A DNA stretch of 64,000 nucleotides, taken from an uncultured Planctomycetaceae bacterium. GTDB taxonomy: Bacteria; Planctomycetota; Planctomycetia; Isosphaerales; Isosphaeraceae. This document shows positions 19,291 to 31,430 of this stretch, one piece after another (the first letter of the stretch is position 1; every line of letters begins with the position of its first letter). The notes under the pieces are model-generated. The model was not told the DNA's origin. It made no database searches and saw nothing but the letters and a program-made list of their open reading frames with translations. Where the stretch lies: contig CAWIAD010000002.1 of the NCBI GenBank assembly GCA_963833985.1, forward strand, positions 3,136,001 to 3,200,000. Direction: 5' to 3'. The position numbers and the translations under genes were made by a program.

Positions 19291-20517
19291 ATGAGTCCGT
19301 CCGTCTACGCCGTCGCCACCATGGACACCAAGGGCCAGGAGCTTGCCTTCCTGGGCCTGCGGCTGCGCTCGGCCGGCGTCCCCACGGTGATGGTGGACGT
19401 GGGAACGCAATCGGCGCCGACCGCTGATCCGGACATCGATCGCGCCGCGGTGATCGCGTGCCTGCATGACGCGAATCTTCGCGGGGTTCTCAGCGCCGCG
19501 ACCGACCGCGGTCAAGCCATAGCCGCGATGGGGCAGGCGCTCGAAAACTTTCTCACCCGCGAGTACCAGGCCGGGCGGATGACCGGAGTGGTCGGGATTG
19601 GCGGCAGCGGAGGTACGGCGCTCGTCACCCAGGCCATGAGAGCCCTGCCGGTGGGGCTGCCCAAGCTCATGGTCTCCACGGTCGCCAGCGGCAACACCTC
19701 GGCTTATGTGGGCTGCTCCGACATCACGCTCATGCATTCGGTCGTCGACGTGGCGGGTCTGAATTCGGTCTCGCGGCGCATCCTGGCGAATGCCGCCCAC
19801 GCGATGGCGGGCATGGTGACGCATGCCGTACCGCCCGAGACCGACAAGCCGGCGCTCGGCCTGACCATGTTCGGCGTGACCACGCCCTGCGTCACGGCCG
19901 TTCGCCAGGCGCTCGAGGCGCAGGGGTTCGACTGCCTGGTCTTCCACGCCACCGGTACCGGCGGCCAGGCGATGGAGAAGCTGGTCGCCGCGGGCCTGAT
20001 CGGCGGCGTACTCGACATCACCACCACCGAGGTCGCCGATCACCTGGTCGGGGGAGTGCTCCCGTGCGGACCTGACCGTTTCGATGCCATCCTCGCCGCG
20101 CGCATTCCCTTCGTGGTCAGCACCGGCGCGCTCGACATGGTCAATTTCGGGCCGATGGAGACTGTCCCGGAGCGGTTTCGCGGCCGCAAGCTGCACGTCC
20201 ACAATGCCCACGTGACGTTGATGCGAACGACGGCCGAGGAGAATCGCGCGTGCGCGCGCTGGATCGCCGCGAAGCTGAACCGCTCCGTGGCTCCTTTGAC
20301 CATGCTGCTCCCGGAACGCGGCGTCTCGGCTCTTGATGCTCCGGGCCAGCCGTTCCACGATCCGGAAGCCGACGCGGCGCTCTTCGAGACGCTCGAGGCA
20401 GCGCTCATCACGACCACGACGCGGCGGGTCCGCCGTCTGCCCTATCATATCAACGATCCGGAGTTTGCGCGGGCGATCGTGGCACAGTTCCGTGAACTGG
20501 AGCCGGCTCCGCGTTGA
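19291..20517 (+). CDS. Tm-1-like ATP-binding domain protein (UPF0261)
   Basis: [56 protein letters not shown]. Confidence 0.92.
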   Translation: MSPSVYAVATMDTKGQELAFLGLRLRSAGVPTVMVDVGTQSAPTADPDIDRAAVIACLHDANLRGVLSAATDRGQAIAAMGQALENFLTREYQAGRMTGVVGIGGSGGTALVTQAMRALPVGLPKLMVSTVASGNTSAYVGCSDITLMHSVVDVAGLNSVSRRILANAAHAMAGMVTHAVPPETDKPALGLTMFGVTTPCVTAVRQALEAQGFDCLVFHATGTGGQAMEKLVAAGLIGGVLDITTTEVADHLVGGVLPCGPDRFDAILAARIPFVVSTGALDMVNFGPMETVPERFRGRKLHVHNAHVTLMRTTAEENRACARWIAAKLNRSVAPLTMLLPERGVSALDAPGQPFHDPEADAALFETLEAALITTTTRRVRRLPYHINDPEFARAIVAQFRELEPAPR

Positions 20518-20542
20518 GCAGATCTTCTGTTCCGAGGTGCTC

Positions 20543-21376
20543 ATGGCCGAAACACGCGCTGCGGTGCTCAAGAGGTTCCACGACAAGGTGCGATCGGGCC
20601 GGCCGATCATCGGCGGCGGCGCGGGGACCGGGCTGAGCGCCCGCTGCGAGGAGGCCGGCGGCATCGACCTGATCGTGATCTACAACTCGGGCCGCTTCCG
20701 GATGGCTGGCCGCGGCTCGCTGGCCGGCATGATGCCCTATGGCAATGCGAACGCGATCGTCAAGGAGATGGCCTTCGAGGTGCTCACCGCCGTGGCGCAC
20801 ACGCCCGTCCTGGCCGGGGTCTGCGCAACCGACCCGTTCCTGATCCTGGAGCATTTCCTGAACGAGCTGCGCGCGCTCGGTTTCGCGGGCGTCCAAAACT
20901 TCCCCACCGTCGGACTGATCGATGGCTCGTTCCGCCAGGGCCTGGAAGAGACGGGCATGGGGTTCGGCAAGGAGATCGACTGCATCGGCCTGGCTCATCA
21001 GCTCGACCTGCTCACGACCCCCTATGCCTTCGACCCCGAGCAGGCGCGGCGGTTCGCCGAGGTCGGCGCGGACCTGATCGTGGCGCACATGGGCCTGACC
21101 ACCAGCGGGGCAATCGGCGCCCGCACGTCGCGCTCGCTGGACGACTGCGTGCGCGCGGTCGCAGCCATGGTGGATGCCGCCAGATCGGTGCGCGATGACG
21201 TCCTGGTGCTCTGCCACGGCGGCCCCATCGCCAACCCGCCTGATGCGCAGTACGTGCTGGATCGGGTGCAGGGGCTGGACGGCTTCTACGGCGCCAGCTC
21301 GATGGAGCGTCTGCCCACCGAGACGGCCATCGCGCGGCAGACCCGGGAGTTCGCGGAGCTGCGTCTCAGGCCGTAG
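20543..21376 (+). CDS. TIM-barrel signal transduction / PEP-hydrolase family protein
   Basis: [57 protein letters not shown]. Confidence 0.92.
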   Translation: MAETRAAVLKRFHDKVRSGRPIIGGGAGTGLSARCEEAGGIDLIVIYNSGRFRMAGRGSLAGMMPYGNANAIVKEMAFEVLTAVAHTPVLAGVCATDPFLILEHFLNELRALGFAGVQNFPTVGLIDGSFRQGLEETGMGFGKEIDCIGLAHQLDLLTTPYAFDPEQARRFAEVGADLIVAHMGLTTSGAIGARTSRSLDDCVRAVAAMVDAARSVRDDVLVLCHGGPIANPPDAQYVLDRVQGLDGFYGASSMERLPTETAIARQTREFAELRLRP

Positions 21377-23357
21377 TGACGTCCCGCTTGCCGGAGGGCG
21401 AGTAGGTCGCCGCGGCCTCGTCCGCGGGCCCGGGCCATGCCACGAAGAACGTGGCACCCTTCTCGGGCTCGCTCTCCACCCAGATCCGCCCGCCATGCGC
21501 CTGGGCGATCTTGGTGCAGATGGCCAGCCCCACGCCGCTTCCCTCGTAGTCTTCCTGTGCATGGAGCCGCCGGAAGACCTGGAAGACACGGTCGTGATGG
21601 CGCGGGTCGATGCCGATGCCGTTGTCGCGCACGTAGAGCGTCTGGGACGGACCTGTGCCCTCGGCGCCGCGCGGATTACCGTCGGCCAGGCCGAGCGTGC
21701 CGACCTCGACGCTGGGAACCGGCGACTGGTTGTACTTGATCGCGTTGGTGACCAGGTTGGTCAGGAGCTGGTGCAGCCTGCGGCGATCACCCTGAAGCAC
21801 CGCGTCCGGGCTCGCCACGCGAACCTCGGCGTGGCGGCTGCGAATCAGTTCGGAGAGGTCGGCGCGAACGTCATCAACGAGCGGACCGAGCGGCACGGGC
21901 ACCGATTCCCCGGTCACCTTGCCGGCCCGGGAGAGGTTCAGGAGCGCATGGATCATGGTCCTCATCCGCCGCGCGGCACTGGCAAGCCGCCTGGTATATT
22001 CCTGCCCCGCGGAATCGAGCCCGCCTGAGTGATCCTGAAGCAGGTAATCGGCAAGCGCCGTGAGCGTGCGGAGCGGCTCCTGGAGATCGTGCGAGATGAC
22101 ATAGACGAATTCGTCGAGCTCGCGGTTCTTCCGGGACAGCTCGGTATTAGCGCGGGCGAGCGACCGGTTGCTCTCCTGGAGCTGCGCTTCCAGCCTGTGC
22201 ATGGCCGTCAGGTCCTGGGCGATGCAGCGGGTCTGCTCCACGTTTCCCTTCGGTCCGCGGATCACCTTCCCGCTGATCCAGACCGGCAGGGTCGCGCCGC
22301 GGGAGCTCACCCAGCGCGACTCGGTTTCCAGGGAGCCGGTTTCGAGCAACCGGGCGTAGAGAGCCTGGCAACGCACCAGCTCGTCGCCTGCCAGGAAGCG
22401 ATCGAAGCCCTGGCCGACCAGTTCCTCGCGGCCGCGCTGGAGTGTGGACAGGAAGGTCTGGTTGCATTCGACCAGGCGGCCTGACGGGTCCAGGCTGAAG
22501 TACATGGCCGGCGCGTTCTGGTACAGATCGCCGTAGCGGTCCTTCAGCTCTTCGAGCTCGCGGTTGATTTGCCGCAATTGCTCATTGAGCTGCATCAGCT
22601 CGCGGGCGCGGAGGCGCAGTTCCCGCTCGGCCCGGACCTTGATGGTCACGTCGGTGAGGTGGCAGCGCACGTAGGAGACATGGCCGTCGGAGGTGAACCG
22701 CGCGCCGGCGTTGATCTCGACGGCCCGGCTCCTGCCCTGCGCGGTCTTGATGCGTACGACCAGGCCCAGCAGTTCCCCCTTCGCCAGCGCCTGGTTCAGA
22801 CCCTCCTCGGCCCGGCCGCGATCATCGGCGTGGACGATCTCGAAAAACGACTTCCCTTGCAGCTCGCTCAGGCTCCAGCCCAGGAACTGCTGCTCGGCCA
22901 GGCTCGACTCGAGCCAGCGGAACTGCCGCGGTTCCAGGCGATTGACCATGTCGATGATCAAGAAATCCCCCGTGTGCCGGACGTCCCGGTGCAGGGAATC
23001 GGGCTGGCTGGGGGCCGCGAAGTAGCCGCTCCGGGTCATCGAGTCTTCCTCGACGGCTTCCGGAATGCGCGGTGATGAAGCATGCGAAGGGTGTTGCCGG
23101 CCGTCACCCGAGGACGGATCCTCGACCTCCCGTGACCGGACCAGCCGCGGTGCGCGGTCGGCCCTGTGCCGCAGGCACAGCGCGCAGGTGGCGGCTGCCG
23201 GAACGATCGCCAGCAGGGCGACCACCCATCCGTCTGCCGGTTTCAGCCGGGCAATCGCGAACGCCAGGAGCGACAGCCAGCACAGGCAGATGGCGATCGC
23301 CGTCCTCCACGGTGGGCCCGCGCGGGGCGGGCCGGACTGCGACCACTTCCAGGACAT
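21366..23357 (-). CDS. PAS-domain sensor histidine kinase
   Basis: Two N-terminal TM helices, two PAS domains, SHDLQEPL H-box, [20 protein letters not shown]. Confidence 0.93.
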   Translation of the reverse strand: MSWKWSQSGPPRAGPPWRTAIAICLCWLSLLAFAIARLKPADGWVVALLAIVPAAATCALCLRHRADRAPRLVRSREVEDPSSGDGRQHPSHASSPRIPEAVEEDSMTRSGYFAAPSQPDSLHRDVRHTGDFLIIDMVNRLEPRQFRWLESSLAEQQFLGWSLSELQGKSFFEIVHADDRGRAEEGLNQALAKGELLGLVVRIKTAQGRSRAVEINAGARFTSDGHVSYVRCHLTDVTIKVRAERELRLRARELMQLNEQLRQINRELEELKDRYGDLYQNAPAMYFSLDPSGRLVECNQTFLSTLQRGREELVGQGFDRFLAGDELVRCQALYARLLETGSLETESRWVSSRGATLPVWISGKVIRGPKGNVEQTRCIAQDLTAMHRLEAQLQESNRSLARANTELSRKNRELDEFVYVISHDLQEPLRTLTALADYLLQDHSGGLDSAGQEYTRRLASAARRMRTMIHALLNLSRAGKVTGESVPVPLGPLVDDVRADLSELIRSRHAEVRVASPDAVLQGDRRRLHQLLTNLVTNAIKYNQSPVPSVEVGTLGLADGNPRGAEGTGPSQTLYVRDNGIGIDPRHHDRVFQVFRRLHAQEDYEGSGVGLAICTKIAQAHGGRIWVESEPEKGATFFVAWPGPADEAAATYSPSGKRDVTTA

Positions 23358-23448
23358 GGGTCTGCCCCCTGTTCGACCGTCGTGGTCAGGACCCCGCGAT
23401 GGATGGAAACCGCCCAGGCCATGGCCAGAGCCCTGCCGCCAATCGACG

Positions 23449-24573
23449 TCAGGAGGTCCCCACGGCCGACGCGGCCGAGGTTCGATCGCCGTTCAGCGGC
23501 AACCAGATGGACAGGCACGCGCCCCCGTCGGCGTTGTTGCATGCGGTCAACCTTCCGCCTTGCTCCTTGAGGATCTCGGAAGCGAGGTAGAGCCCGTAGC
23601 CGGTGCCCCCCTGGCGGGTGGTGAAGAAGGGCTCGAAGATGCGATCGAGATAGACCTCAGGGATGCCCGGGCCGTCGTCGCGGATATCCACCTTCACCCA
23701 CCGGCCTGCATCATGCTCCACGACCCTGGCCTCCAGCCGGATGTGCCCTTCCTCACGCACGCCCGTGATCGCCTGGTGCGCATTACTCAGCAGGTCGATC
23801 AGCACCTGCATGATCCGGCCGCCATCGGCGCGGACGGGTGGCGGGTCCGAGGCGAGCTCGGTCTGCACCGAGACACCGCGGCCGCTGGCGGGCAGCCCCT
23901 TGACGAAGAGGTCGATGGATTCGCGCAGCAGCGTGGCCAGGTCAACGGTCTGGAACTGGGGCGGTCCCGTACGGACCGTGGACATCAGGTGCTCCAGCCG
24001 GCTCTGGAGCAACTGGGTGCCGCGGAGAATGGAATCCACCCACTGGACATTGGAGTCCTCGGGTTGCAGGTTGAGCCGGAGCAACTCCGCGCTACCGCGT
24101 ATGACCGAGAGGGGCCCGCGTATCTCATGGATGATCCCCGCGAGCAGGCGCCCCACCTGGACGAGCTGGCGGTTCAGCATGGAAAGCGTTACAAGCTGGC
24201 GATACTGCACCAGCCTGCGCACCCGTGCCAGGACCAGCTCCGGGGCGGAATCCTTCGCGACGTAGTCGTCAGCGCCGGCGTGCAGCCCTGCCAGGACATC
24301 CGTGTCGTCATGCCGTACGGTGAGCATGAGCACAGGTATCCCGCCGGCCAGCGCGTCGGCCCGCAGCGCCCGGCAAACTTCCAGGCCGCTCAGATCAGGC
24401 AGGTTCACGTCCAGGACAATCACGTGCGGACGGAGTTCCAGCGCCTTCGCGACGGTCTGGGTTCCGTGAGCGATGTCGAAGACCGTGTAACCTCCCCGTT
24501 CGAGAACCGTCCGGAACAACGCGCGGTCCGCGGCGCTATCGTCAACAATGAGGACGCTACCCTTATGCTCCAT
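23449..24573 (-). CDS. Hybrid response regulator-histidine kinase
   Basis: LIVDD, LDVNLP, GADDYVAK receiver; HEIRGPL, DDGPGI, FFTTR, GTGYGL. Confidence 0.93.
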   Translation of the reverse strand: MEHKGSVLIVDDSAADRALFRTVLERGGYTVFDIAHGTQTVAKALELRPHVIVLDVNLPDLSGLEVCRALRADALAGGIPVLMLTVRHDDTDVLAGLHAGADDYVAKDSAPELVLARVRRLVQYRQLVTLSMLNRQLVQVGRLLAGIIHEIRGPLSVIRGSAELLRLNLQPEDSNVQWVDSILRGTQLLQSRLEHLMSTVRTGPPQFQTVDLATLLRESIDLFVKGLPASGRGVSVQTELASDPPPVRADGGRIMQVLIDLLSNAHQAITGVREEGHIRLEARVVEHDAGRWVKVDIRDDGPGIPEVYLDRIFEPFFTTRQGGTGYGLYLASEILKEQGGRLTACNNADGGACLSIWLPLNGDRTSAASAVGTS

Positions 24574-24817
24574 CCATCATTCCTTGCCATGTCCCTTTCA
24601 GCGCCGAACACCGGGCGAATCTCGATGCACGAATCGCCGTTCCTGACAATCAAACACCAGCCCTTTCGGTGCGGTCGATCGTTTCTTGACTCCTCCGCGC
24701 TTATAATACGCGATGAGGTCAATTTCTGAGACAGGGGAGGCGACCTTTTCAGGGACCGGCCAGATTGACTGGCCCGCATACATCGCATCAGGTTCTCACA
24801 GAAGCATCATCACACTC

Positions 24818-25933
24818 ATGACCACAGGATTGATTACTTCGGCCGCCCCGGCACCGCTCCCCTTTCCGGACTACCGTCACCGGCCCGATGCGGAGCTGGA
24901 GTCGCGGATCCGCGAGGTCAAGCACGATCTGGGCGAGGCTTTGCTGATCCTCGGACACCATTACCAGCAAGACCCGGTGATCCGTTTCGCCGATCTGCGG
25001 GGAGACAGTCTGAAGCTCAGCCAGCTCGCGGGGGCCAGCCAGAACTGCCGGTCCATCGTCTTCTGCGGCGTCCATTTCATGGCGGAGACCGCGGACATCC
25101 TGTCGCGGCCCGAGGTGGAGACGTATCTGCCGGACCTGTCCGCCGGTTGCAGCATGGCCGACATGGCCGATCTCGACGCCGTGGAGGCCGCCTGGGCCGA
25201 CCTGGGCGAGTGCATTGACACCGCGGACCTGATGCCGGTGACCTACATCAACTCGACCGCGGCCCTGAAGGCGTTCTGCGGCCGCCATGGCGGCACGGTC
25301 TGCACCAGCTCCAACGCGCGGGCGGTGCTGGACTGGGCGCTGGCCAGGCGCCGCCGCGTGCTCTTCTTCCCGGACCAGCACCTGGGGCGGAACACGGCCC
25401 GCGCGATGGGGATACCACTGGATCAAATGGTTCTCTGGGACCCCCGCGAAGCGCTCGGGGGCCATTCGCCCAAGGCGGTTCAGAACGCCCGCATCCTGCT
25501 CTGGAAGGGGCACTGCTCGGTGCATCAGATGTTCAAGCCCGCGCATGTGGCGCAGTTTCGCGCGCAGTATCCGGGAATCCGCGTTCTGGTGCATCCGGAG
25601 TGCATGATGGAGGTTGTGGATCAGGCGGATCTCGTCGGCTCGACCGAATTCATCATCCAGACCATCGAACGGGCGCCGGCCGGATCGAGCTGGGCGATCG
25701 GCACCGAACTTCACCTGGTGAACCGGCTGGCCGCCGAGCACCCCGAGCAGAGCATCCGGTTCCTCTCGCCCATGGTCTGCATGTGCGCCACGATGTACCG
25801 CATTGACCTGCCCCACCTGGCATGGTGCCTGGAGAACCTGGCCCGGGGCACTCCCGTGAACCGCGTCCAGGTTGAGCCGGAAACCAAGGCGTGGGCCAGA
25901 ATTGCTCTTGAGAGAATGCTTGGGCTGAAATAA
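24818..25933 (+). CDS. nadA: Quinolinate synthase
   Basis: LGHHYQ, FCGVHFMAETA, AGCSMADM, YINSTA, CTSSNA, HPEC, CMCATM. Confidence 0.96.
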   Translation: MTTGLITSAAPAPLPFPDYRHRPDAELESRIREVKHDLGEALLILGHHYQQDPVIRFADLRGDSLKLSQLAGASQNCRSIVFCGVHFMAETADILSRPEVETYLPDLSAGCSMADMADLDAVEAAWADLGECIDTADLMPVTYINSTAALKAFCGRHGGTVCTSSNARAVLDWALARRRRVLFFPDQHLGRNTARAMGIPLDQMVLWDPREALGGHSPKAVQNARILLWKGHCSVHQMFKPAHVAQFRAQYPGIRVLVHPECMMEVVDQADLVGSTEFIIQTIERAPAGSSWAIGTELHLVNRLAAEHPEQSIRFLSPMVCMCATMYRIDLPHLAWCLENLARGTPVNRVQVEPETKAWARIALERMLGLK

Positions 25934-26147
25934 CCTCCAGACGTGATGCCTCGCCCACCCGCCGTATTTTCTGCTCGTCTGACCAGTCTTCCCCGCTCCG
26001 GCCCGTGGTTGTCTTCCCGGGACCACCACGAGACGGAGCCAGCCGGCCATCGCAGCCGCAGCATGGACACGAGAGAACGGATGGTTCGAGAGAGCTCTAA
26101 CTGCTGACCTTGAAACAGAACCGATCTGGGAGAGCGAGTCTACCAAC

Positions 26148-28397
26148 ATGGCCGTCATGACAGGACAGGCGCCCGTCACCGCGCAGACCGACATCGAATT
26201 GATCATTCACGCCGATCACTGGAACCCGTTCACCGTGCTGGGCCTGCACGAGGTGACCGGTGGCTCGGGCAAGATGAAGGATTGGGTGGTGCGGGCCTTC
26301 TTCCCCGAGGCACGCGCGGCCTGGGTCGTCGACCTGCGGCGCGGTGAGCCCGGCACGCTGGTGCCCATGGAGCTGATCCATGCCGACGGCCTTTTCCAGG
26401 CGGTCTTCTCCGACCGGCCGGAGCCTTTTCCCTACCGGCTGAAGATCGAGAACCACGAGGGGCACCAGTGGCAGGTCGTCGACCCTTATCGCTTCGGCAC
26501 GGTCCTCACCGACTTCGATTTGCACTTGCTCGGCGAAGGGACCCACCTGCGCAACTATGAGCGGCTGGGCGCCCACCTCATCACCCACGAGGGGTTCCGC
26601 GGCGTGCACTTCGCCATCTGGGCGCCCAACGCGCTGCGGGTGAGCGTGACCGGCAATTTCAATCACTGGGACGGCCGCCGGCATCCCATGCGCAACCGCG
26701 GCGCAACAGGCATCTGGGAGCTGTTCATCCCCGACCTGTGCGAGGGCGAGGTCTACAAGTTCGAGATCAAGAGCCGCAACCACGGCTACATCGTCAAGAA
26801 GTCCGACCCGTACGGCTTCGCTTCCGAGGTCCGTCCCAAGACGGCATCGGTCGTCTGGGACCTTTCCAAGTTCACCTGGAGCGACGACGAGTGGATGGCC
26901 AGCCGGGCACGGCGGCAGGGCCTCGACCGGCCGATCTCGATCTACGAGGTCCATCTCGGCTCGTGGAAGAAGACCGCCGACACGGCGACCGGCTTCCTGA
27001 ACTATCGCCAGCTTGCACACGACCTGGCCGCGCACCTGGAGCACACGCACTTCACGCACATCGAGCTCTTGCCGATCACCGAGCACCCGTTCGACGGAAG
27101 CTGGGGCTACCAGCCCGTCGGCTACTTCGCACCGACGGCCCGGCACGGCAACCCGGACGACTTCGCGTATTTCGTCGATTACCTGCACCGCCACGGCATC
27201 GGCGTCATCCTCGACTGGGTCCCCGCGCACTTTCCCAACGACCTGCACGGCCTGGGATACTTCGACGGCACCCACCTCTACGAACACGCCGACCCGCGGC
27301 TGGGCGAGCACCGCGACTGGGGCACGAAGATCTTCAACTACGGCCGCGCGGAGGTCCGCAACTTCCTCTTCGGCAACGCGCTCTTCTGGCTCGACCGCTA
27401 CCACCTGGACGGGCTGCGGGTCGACGCGGTGGCCTCCATGCTCTACCTTGACTACTCGCGCAAGCCGGGCGAGTGGATCCCCAACATCTTCGGCGGCAAC
27501 GAGAACCTCGAGGCCATCGACTTCCTCAAGCGGCTCAACGAGATCTGCCACCACGAGCACCCGGGCATCCTGACCATCGCCGAGGAATCGACGAGCTGGT
27601 CCGGCGTGTCGCGGCCCACCTACCTGGGCGGTCTGGGGTTCAGCCTGAAGTGGAACATGGGGTGGATGAACGACACCCTGCGGTACATCGAGAAAGACCC
27701 CGTCTACCGCAAGTACGAGCACGGCTCACTCACCTTCAGCATGATCTATGCGTTCAGCGAGAACTTCATCCTGCCGCTCTCGCACGACGAGGTTGTGCAC
27801 GGCAAGCGCTCGCTGCTGGACAAGATGCCGGGGGACCTCTGGCAAAAGTTCGCCAACCTGCGCCTGCTTTACGCCTACATGTACGGCCATCCTGGCAAGA
27901 AGCTGCTCTTCATGGGCGCCGAGATCGCTCAGTGGCGGGAATGGAACCACGACGAGAGCCTGGACTGGCACCTCTTGCAATGGCGCGACCACCAGGGGAC
28001 CATGCAGCTGGTGTGCGACCTGAACGCGCTCTACCAGCAGGAAGCCTCGCTGCACGAGGTTGATTTCGACTGGCAGGGCTACGAGTGGCTGGAGCTGCAT
28101 GACTGGGAGAACAGCGTGCTGGCCTTCCTCCGCCGGGCCAGGAACCCCGCTGATTCCATGGTCGTTGTCTGCAATTTCACCCCGGTGGTGCGCGAGCATT
28201 ACCGCATCGGAGTGCCGACCGGCGGCTTCTATCGCGAGATCATGAACACCGACGCCGAATACTACGGCGGTACGAACGTCGGCAATTCAGGAGGCGGCTG
28301 GGCCATCCCCGAACCCCATGCCGGCCGCCCGTTCCACCTGTCCCTGCGCTTGCCGCCCCTGGGAGTCCTCTACCTGAAGACGCCCGCCGTGAGCTGA
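26148..28397 (+). CDS. glgB: 1,4-alpha-glucan branching enzyme
   Basis: [52 protein letters not shown]. Confidence 0.97.
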   Translation: MAVMTGQAPVTAQTDIELIIHADHWNPFTVLGLHEVTGGSGKMKDWVVRAFFPEARAAWVVDLRRGEPGTLVPMELIHADGLFQAVFSDRPEPFPYRLKIENHEGHQWQVVDPYRFGTVLTDFDLHLLGEGTHLRNYERLGAHLITHEGFRGVHFAIWAPNALRVSVTGNFNHWDGRRHPMRNRGATGIWELFIPDLCEGEVYKFEIKSRNHGYIVKKSDPYGFASEVRPKTASVVWDLSKFTWSDDEWMASRARRQGLDRPISIYEVHLGSWKKTADTATGFLNYRQLAHDLAAHLEHTHFTHIELLPITEHPFDGSWGYQPVGYFAPTARHGNPDDFAYFVDYLHRHGIGVILDWVPAHFPNDLHGLGYFDGTHLYEHADPRLGEHRDWGTKIFNYGRAEVRNFLFGNALFWLDRYHLDGLRVDAVASMLYLDYSRKPGEWIPNIFGGNENLEAIDFLKRLNEICHHEHPGILTIAEESTSWSGVSRPTYLGGLGFSLKWNMGWMNDTLRYIEKDPVYRKYEHGSLTFSMIYAFSENFILPLSHDEVVHGKRSLLDKMPGDLWQKFANLRLLYAYMYGHPGKKLLFMGAEIAQWREWNHDESLDWHLLQWRDHQGTMQLVCDLNALYQQEASLHEVDFDWQGYEWLELHDWENSVLAFLRRARNPADSMVVVCNFTPVVREHYRIGVPTGGFYREIMNTDAEYYGGTNVGNSGGGWAIPEPHAGRPFHLSLRLPPLGVLYLKTPAVS

Positions 28398-28436
28398 AGC
28401 GCGAGCGCCGGCGCGGGCCGCGGATGGCGGCTGCAA

Positions 28437-30491
28437 TCAATCGGCCTCGAACTCCTCCAGCGGCCGGACCGCCGGCGGCTTGACGGTCCTGGAAGGGGCC
28501 GCCGGGGTTGCCTCATCGGGAACGCGGCTGACCTGCGGGACCAGCTCGTCGATGGCCACGTCCCAGGTCACGTGGCCGATTGCCACCACCGCGGTCTTCT
28601 TGCGTGAGTCGAGCTTCACGATCCGGCCAGGCCGGTCGTAGCCCAGGCGGGGGACCACCACGCGGTCCCCTGGCTGGAGCCGGGCGCGGGCATCGGCCAG
28701 CAGCTCCTCGCGCCGGGCCTCGCGCTGAAGGTCCGCCAGCCGCTGTCCGAGTGCCTCGCGCGAGCGCTCGGCCTCGGCCTGGGCGGCCAGCGCGGACTGG
28801 CGTGCGTCCTCCGCCTCCTTCCTCAGCCGAGCGACCAGCTCCCATTCGGTCGCGACACCCTGCCCGCCGGCCTGTTCAAGATAGGCTCCAGCGCGGTCGA
28901 CGACATGCCCGGCGAGCCCGAGCCGCCGGGCGATCTGCAACGCGTTCGACTGGCCGATATCGCCGATGTGCAGGCGGTACCGCGGCTGAAGCGTCTCGAT
29001 GTCGAACTCGACCGCGGCGTTCTCGGCCCGCGGGTTGGCCAGGGCGTATGATTTCAGGTCGCCGATGTGGGTCGTCACCATCGCGCGGCAGCCGATGCTG
29101 TCAAGCTCATCAAGGATGGCTCGCCCCATCGCTGCGCCCTCGGCAGGGTCGGTTCCCGCCCCCAGTTCGTCCAGCAGCACCAGCGAGTGTTCCGTCGCCT
29201 GACCAAGGATCTGCGAGATCCGCCGCACGTGCGACGAGAACGTCGAGAGCGATTGCTCCAGGCTCTGCTCGTCGCCGATATCGGCGAGCACGTGGTCGAA
29301 GACCGGAAGCTGAGAGCCTTCCGCGGCCGGGACATGCAGGCCGCTTTGCGCCATGGCCGCCAGCAGGCCCACGGTCTTGAGCGCGACGGTCTTGCCGCCG
29401 GTGTTCGGACCGGTCACCACCAGGATCTGAAACGAAGAGCCCAGGTGGACATCGATGGGCACGACCGAGCGGCCCGGGCCAGCGCCCGCGGCAGCCGGGA
29501 CAGGCTCCGCCGAGGCCGAGGGTATGGTCGGAGACAGCGCTCCGTCGCGCACGGCGATCGCCTCGAGCAGCGGATGCCTGGCCTGCCGCAGGACGAGCCG
29601 GCCCTGGTCGTTCATGTCCGGTGCCGACATCCGGTAGTCGTGGCTGAAGCGGGCGCGGGCATGGATCAGGTCGAGCTCGGCCATGATCGCCAGCGTCTGC
29701 AAGAGTGCGTCGGCCACCTGACCCACCTGGGCGCTTAGCCAGCGCAAGATCCGCCGCATCTCCTTGGCCTCGCGCGAGCGGAGATACGAAAGCTGTGCCG
29801 ACTGTTCCGAGATCGCCGTCGGTTCGATGTAGACGGTCTCGTTGGTCGCGCTGGAACGCTGGACCGAGCCGGAGAGCTCGCCGCGATGGTCCTTGGCCAC
29901 CGGCAGAACATAATGGTGCCCGACCATCGTGAAGTTGGGGTAGCGGAGGATCCGCTTGATCTCCGGCGAGCGGAGCATGCGGCGCAAAGTCTCCTGGATC
30001 TTCTCCTCGGCCGCGGCGATCTCCCGGCGCAGCATGGAGAGCCTGCGGCTTGCGGTATCGAGCATCTTGGCCCGGCTGTCCAGGCAGCCCTCGATCGCCG
30101 TGGCCACGCCCGAGAACTCGCCCACGCCGTGACGCAGGCCGCCAAGCCGGGGAAACTGCTCGCCGAGCTTTGCCAGCCAGCGGTCCAGGTAGCCGATTGC
30201 CCGCAGCGTCTCGGCGGTCTCGGCCAGCTCTTCCGGCTCGAGCATCGCGCCGACCTGCGCGCGGCGGACGTGGCCGCGAATGTCGTGCAGACCGCCCAGC
30301 GGGGGCGAGAGTCCCGACCGGCTGGCCTCGACCATCTCGGTGGTGAGCGCGTGGCGGCCGTGGATCGCGCCCAGGTCGAACAGCGGCTGCATGGCGAGGG
30401 CGGCTTCCTTCCCCAGCGAACATGCCGCGCGTGCGGCGACCAGCGTGCGGATCCTGTCGAACTCCAGCAGGTCGAGCGTGTGCGTGTCCAT
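28437..30491 (-). CDS. mutS2: MutS2 family ATPase (ends in a KOW-like domain, no Smr)
   Basis: TLDLLEF start, TGPNTGGKT, DIGDEQSLEQSLSTFSSH, LDELGAGTDP, GQSNALQIA. Confidence 0.92.
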   Translation of the reverse strand: MDTHTLDLLEFDRIRTLVAARAACSLGKEAALAMQPLFDLGAIHGRHALTTEMVEASRSGLSPPLGGLHDIRGHVRRAQVGAMLEPEELAETAETLRAIGYLDRWLAKLGEQFPRLGGLRHGVGEFSGVATAIEGCLDSRAKMLDTASRRLSMLRREIAAAEEKIQETLRRMLRSPEIKRILRYPNFTMVGHHYVLPVAKDHRGELSGSVQRSSATNETVYIEPTAISEQSAQLSYLRSREAKEMRRILRWLSAQVGQVADALLQTLAIMAELDLIHARARFSHDYRMSAPDMNDQGRLVLRQARHPLLEAIAVRDGALSPTIPSASAEPVPAAAGAGPGRSVVPIDVHLGSSFQILVVTGPNTGGKTVALKTVGLLAAMAQSGLHVPAAEGSQLPVFDHVLADIGDEQSLEQSLSTFSSHVRRISQILGQATEHSLVLLDELGAGTDPAEGAAMGRAILDELDSIGCRAMVTTHIGDLKSYALANPRAENAAVEFDIETLQPRYRLHIGDIGQSNALQIARRLGLAGHVVDRAGAYLEQAGGQGVATEWELVARLRKEAEDARQSALAAQAEAERSREALGQRLADLQREARREELLADARARLQPGDRVVVPRLGYDRPGRIVKLDSRKKTAVVAIGHVTWDVAIDELVPQVSRVPDEATPAAPSRTVKPPAVRPLEEFEAD

Positions 30492-30632
30492 CTCGTCTCG
30501 CGGCCCGGGATGCGCGGGCGGCCGCTTCCGTCCGAAAGCCGCACGACCCTGCCGGCCCTGTGCCTCTGCCGCGGTGCGCGGAACGGACGGCACCGGGTGG
30601 GCGATCCCGGTTGCAAATCATACCGCATCGGG

Positions 30633-31430
30633 TCAAGGGCGAGCGAGCGGTGCGGAGGTGGCAGAGGCGGGGGTGGAGGCAGAGGCGGAGGCGGAGGGGG
30701 AGGGGGCACGCGCCACAGCGGGGGCCGTGGCGGCGGATTGCGCGGGTGAGCGGGCCGAGAGCGGATCGAGCATGGGCTTGAGCTGCTTTCGCCACTCGGC
30801 GGGGGTGGTGCCGTGATCCTTGCCCGTGAGCTTGCGCAGCGCGGTGAGCGACGCCAGGCGGATGGCCGGGTCGTCGTGGTCCATGTTCTCGACGAGCACG
30901 TGGTAGATCCGCGGGTCCTTGGTTTTGAGCTCGGCGATCCCCTCGATGGCGGCGATCCGCGCGTCTTCGAGGTTATCCAGGGTCATCACCTGGGCAAGGA
31001 TGGTGGCGTCCTCGGATCGGCCCACCTTGCCAAGCGCCCGGCATGCTTCGATCTTGATCACGGGCTCGGCGCTGCTGACCGCGGCGACCAGCAGGTCGTG
31101 CGCGCGGGGGTCACCGAGCTGTCCCAGGGTTCTACAGATCATGGCGCGGGTGGCGAGTGGTTCGTGCCCGTGCTCGTACCGGTCGATGAGGGTCCACACG
31201 GCCTCGGCCTTCTCCTGCTCGCTGTCGTAGGCTCGCGGATCGGCGAGCTTGGTGTACGCGACGTAGCGGATGTTGGGGTCGGGATCGTTGCGGACGTGCT
31301 TCATGAAGCTCTTGGCCGTGGACCCGATGTAGGTCGAGCAGCCGGCGGCCGCCAGCAAGCAGAGTGCCAGCAGGTCGAGGAGCCGAAGGCGGCCAGCCGC
31401 CTGGGTTCTGGAACTTTCATCCATGACCAT
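30633..31430 (-). CDS. HEAT-repeat lipoprotein
   Basis: Lipobox-like LAAAGC, repeated helical units (CRTLGQLGD, ACRALGKVG, DDPAIRLASL). Confidence 0.8.
   Translation of the reverse strand: MVMDESSRTQAAGRLRLLDLLALCLLAAAGCSTYIGSTAKSFMKHVRNDPDPNIRYVAYTKLADPRAYDSEQEKAEAVWTLIDRYEHGHEPLATRAMICRTLGQLGDPRAHDLLVAAVSSAEPVIKIEACRALGKVGRSEDATILAQVMTLDNLEDARIAAIEGIAELKTKDPRIYHVLVENMDHDDPAIRLASLTALRKLTGKDHGTTPAEWRKQLKPMLDPLSARSPAQSAATAPAVARAPSPSASASASTPASATSAPLARP

Noticed and set aside
24685..24706. nadA promoter TTGACT...TATAAT
   Set aside because: The spacer is only 10 bp, so the two hexamers cannot be one sigma70 promoter; the -10 alone may be real.
26097..27722. Long antisense and alternate-frame ORFs here and throughout the window
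   Set aside because: Shadow ORFs expected in high-GC DNA opposite well-supported genes; no recognisable motifs.
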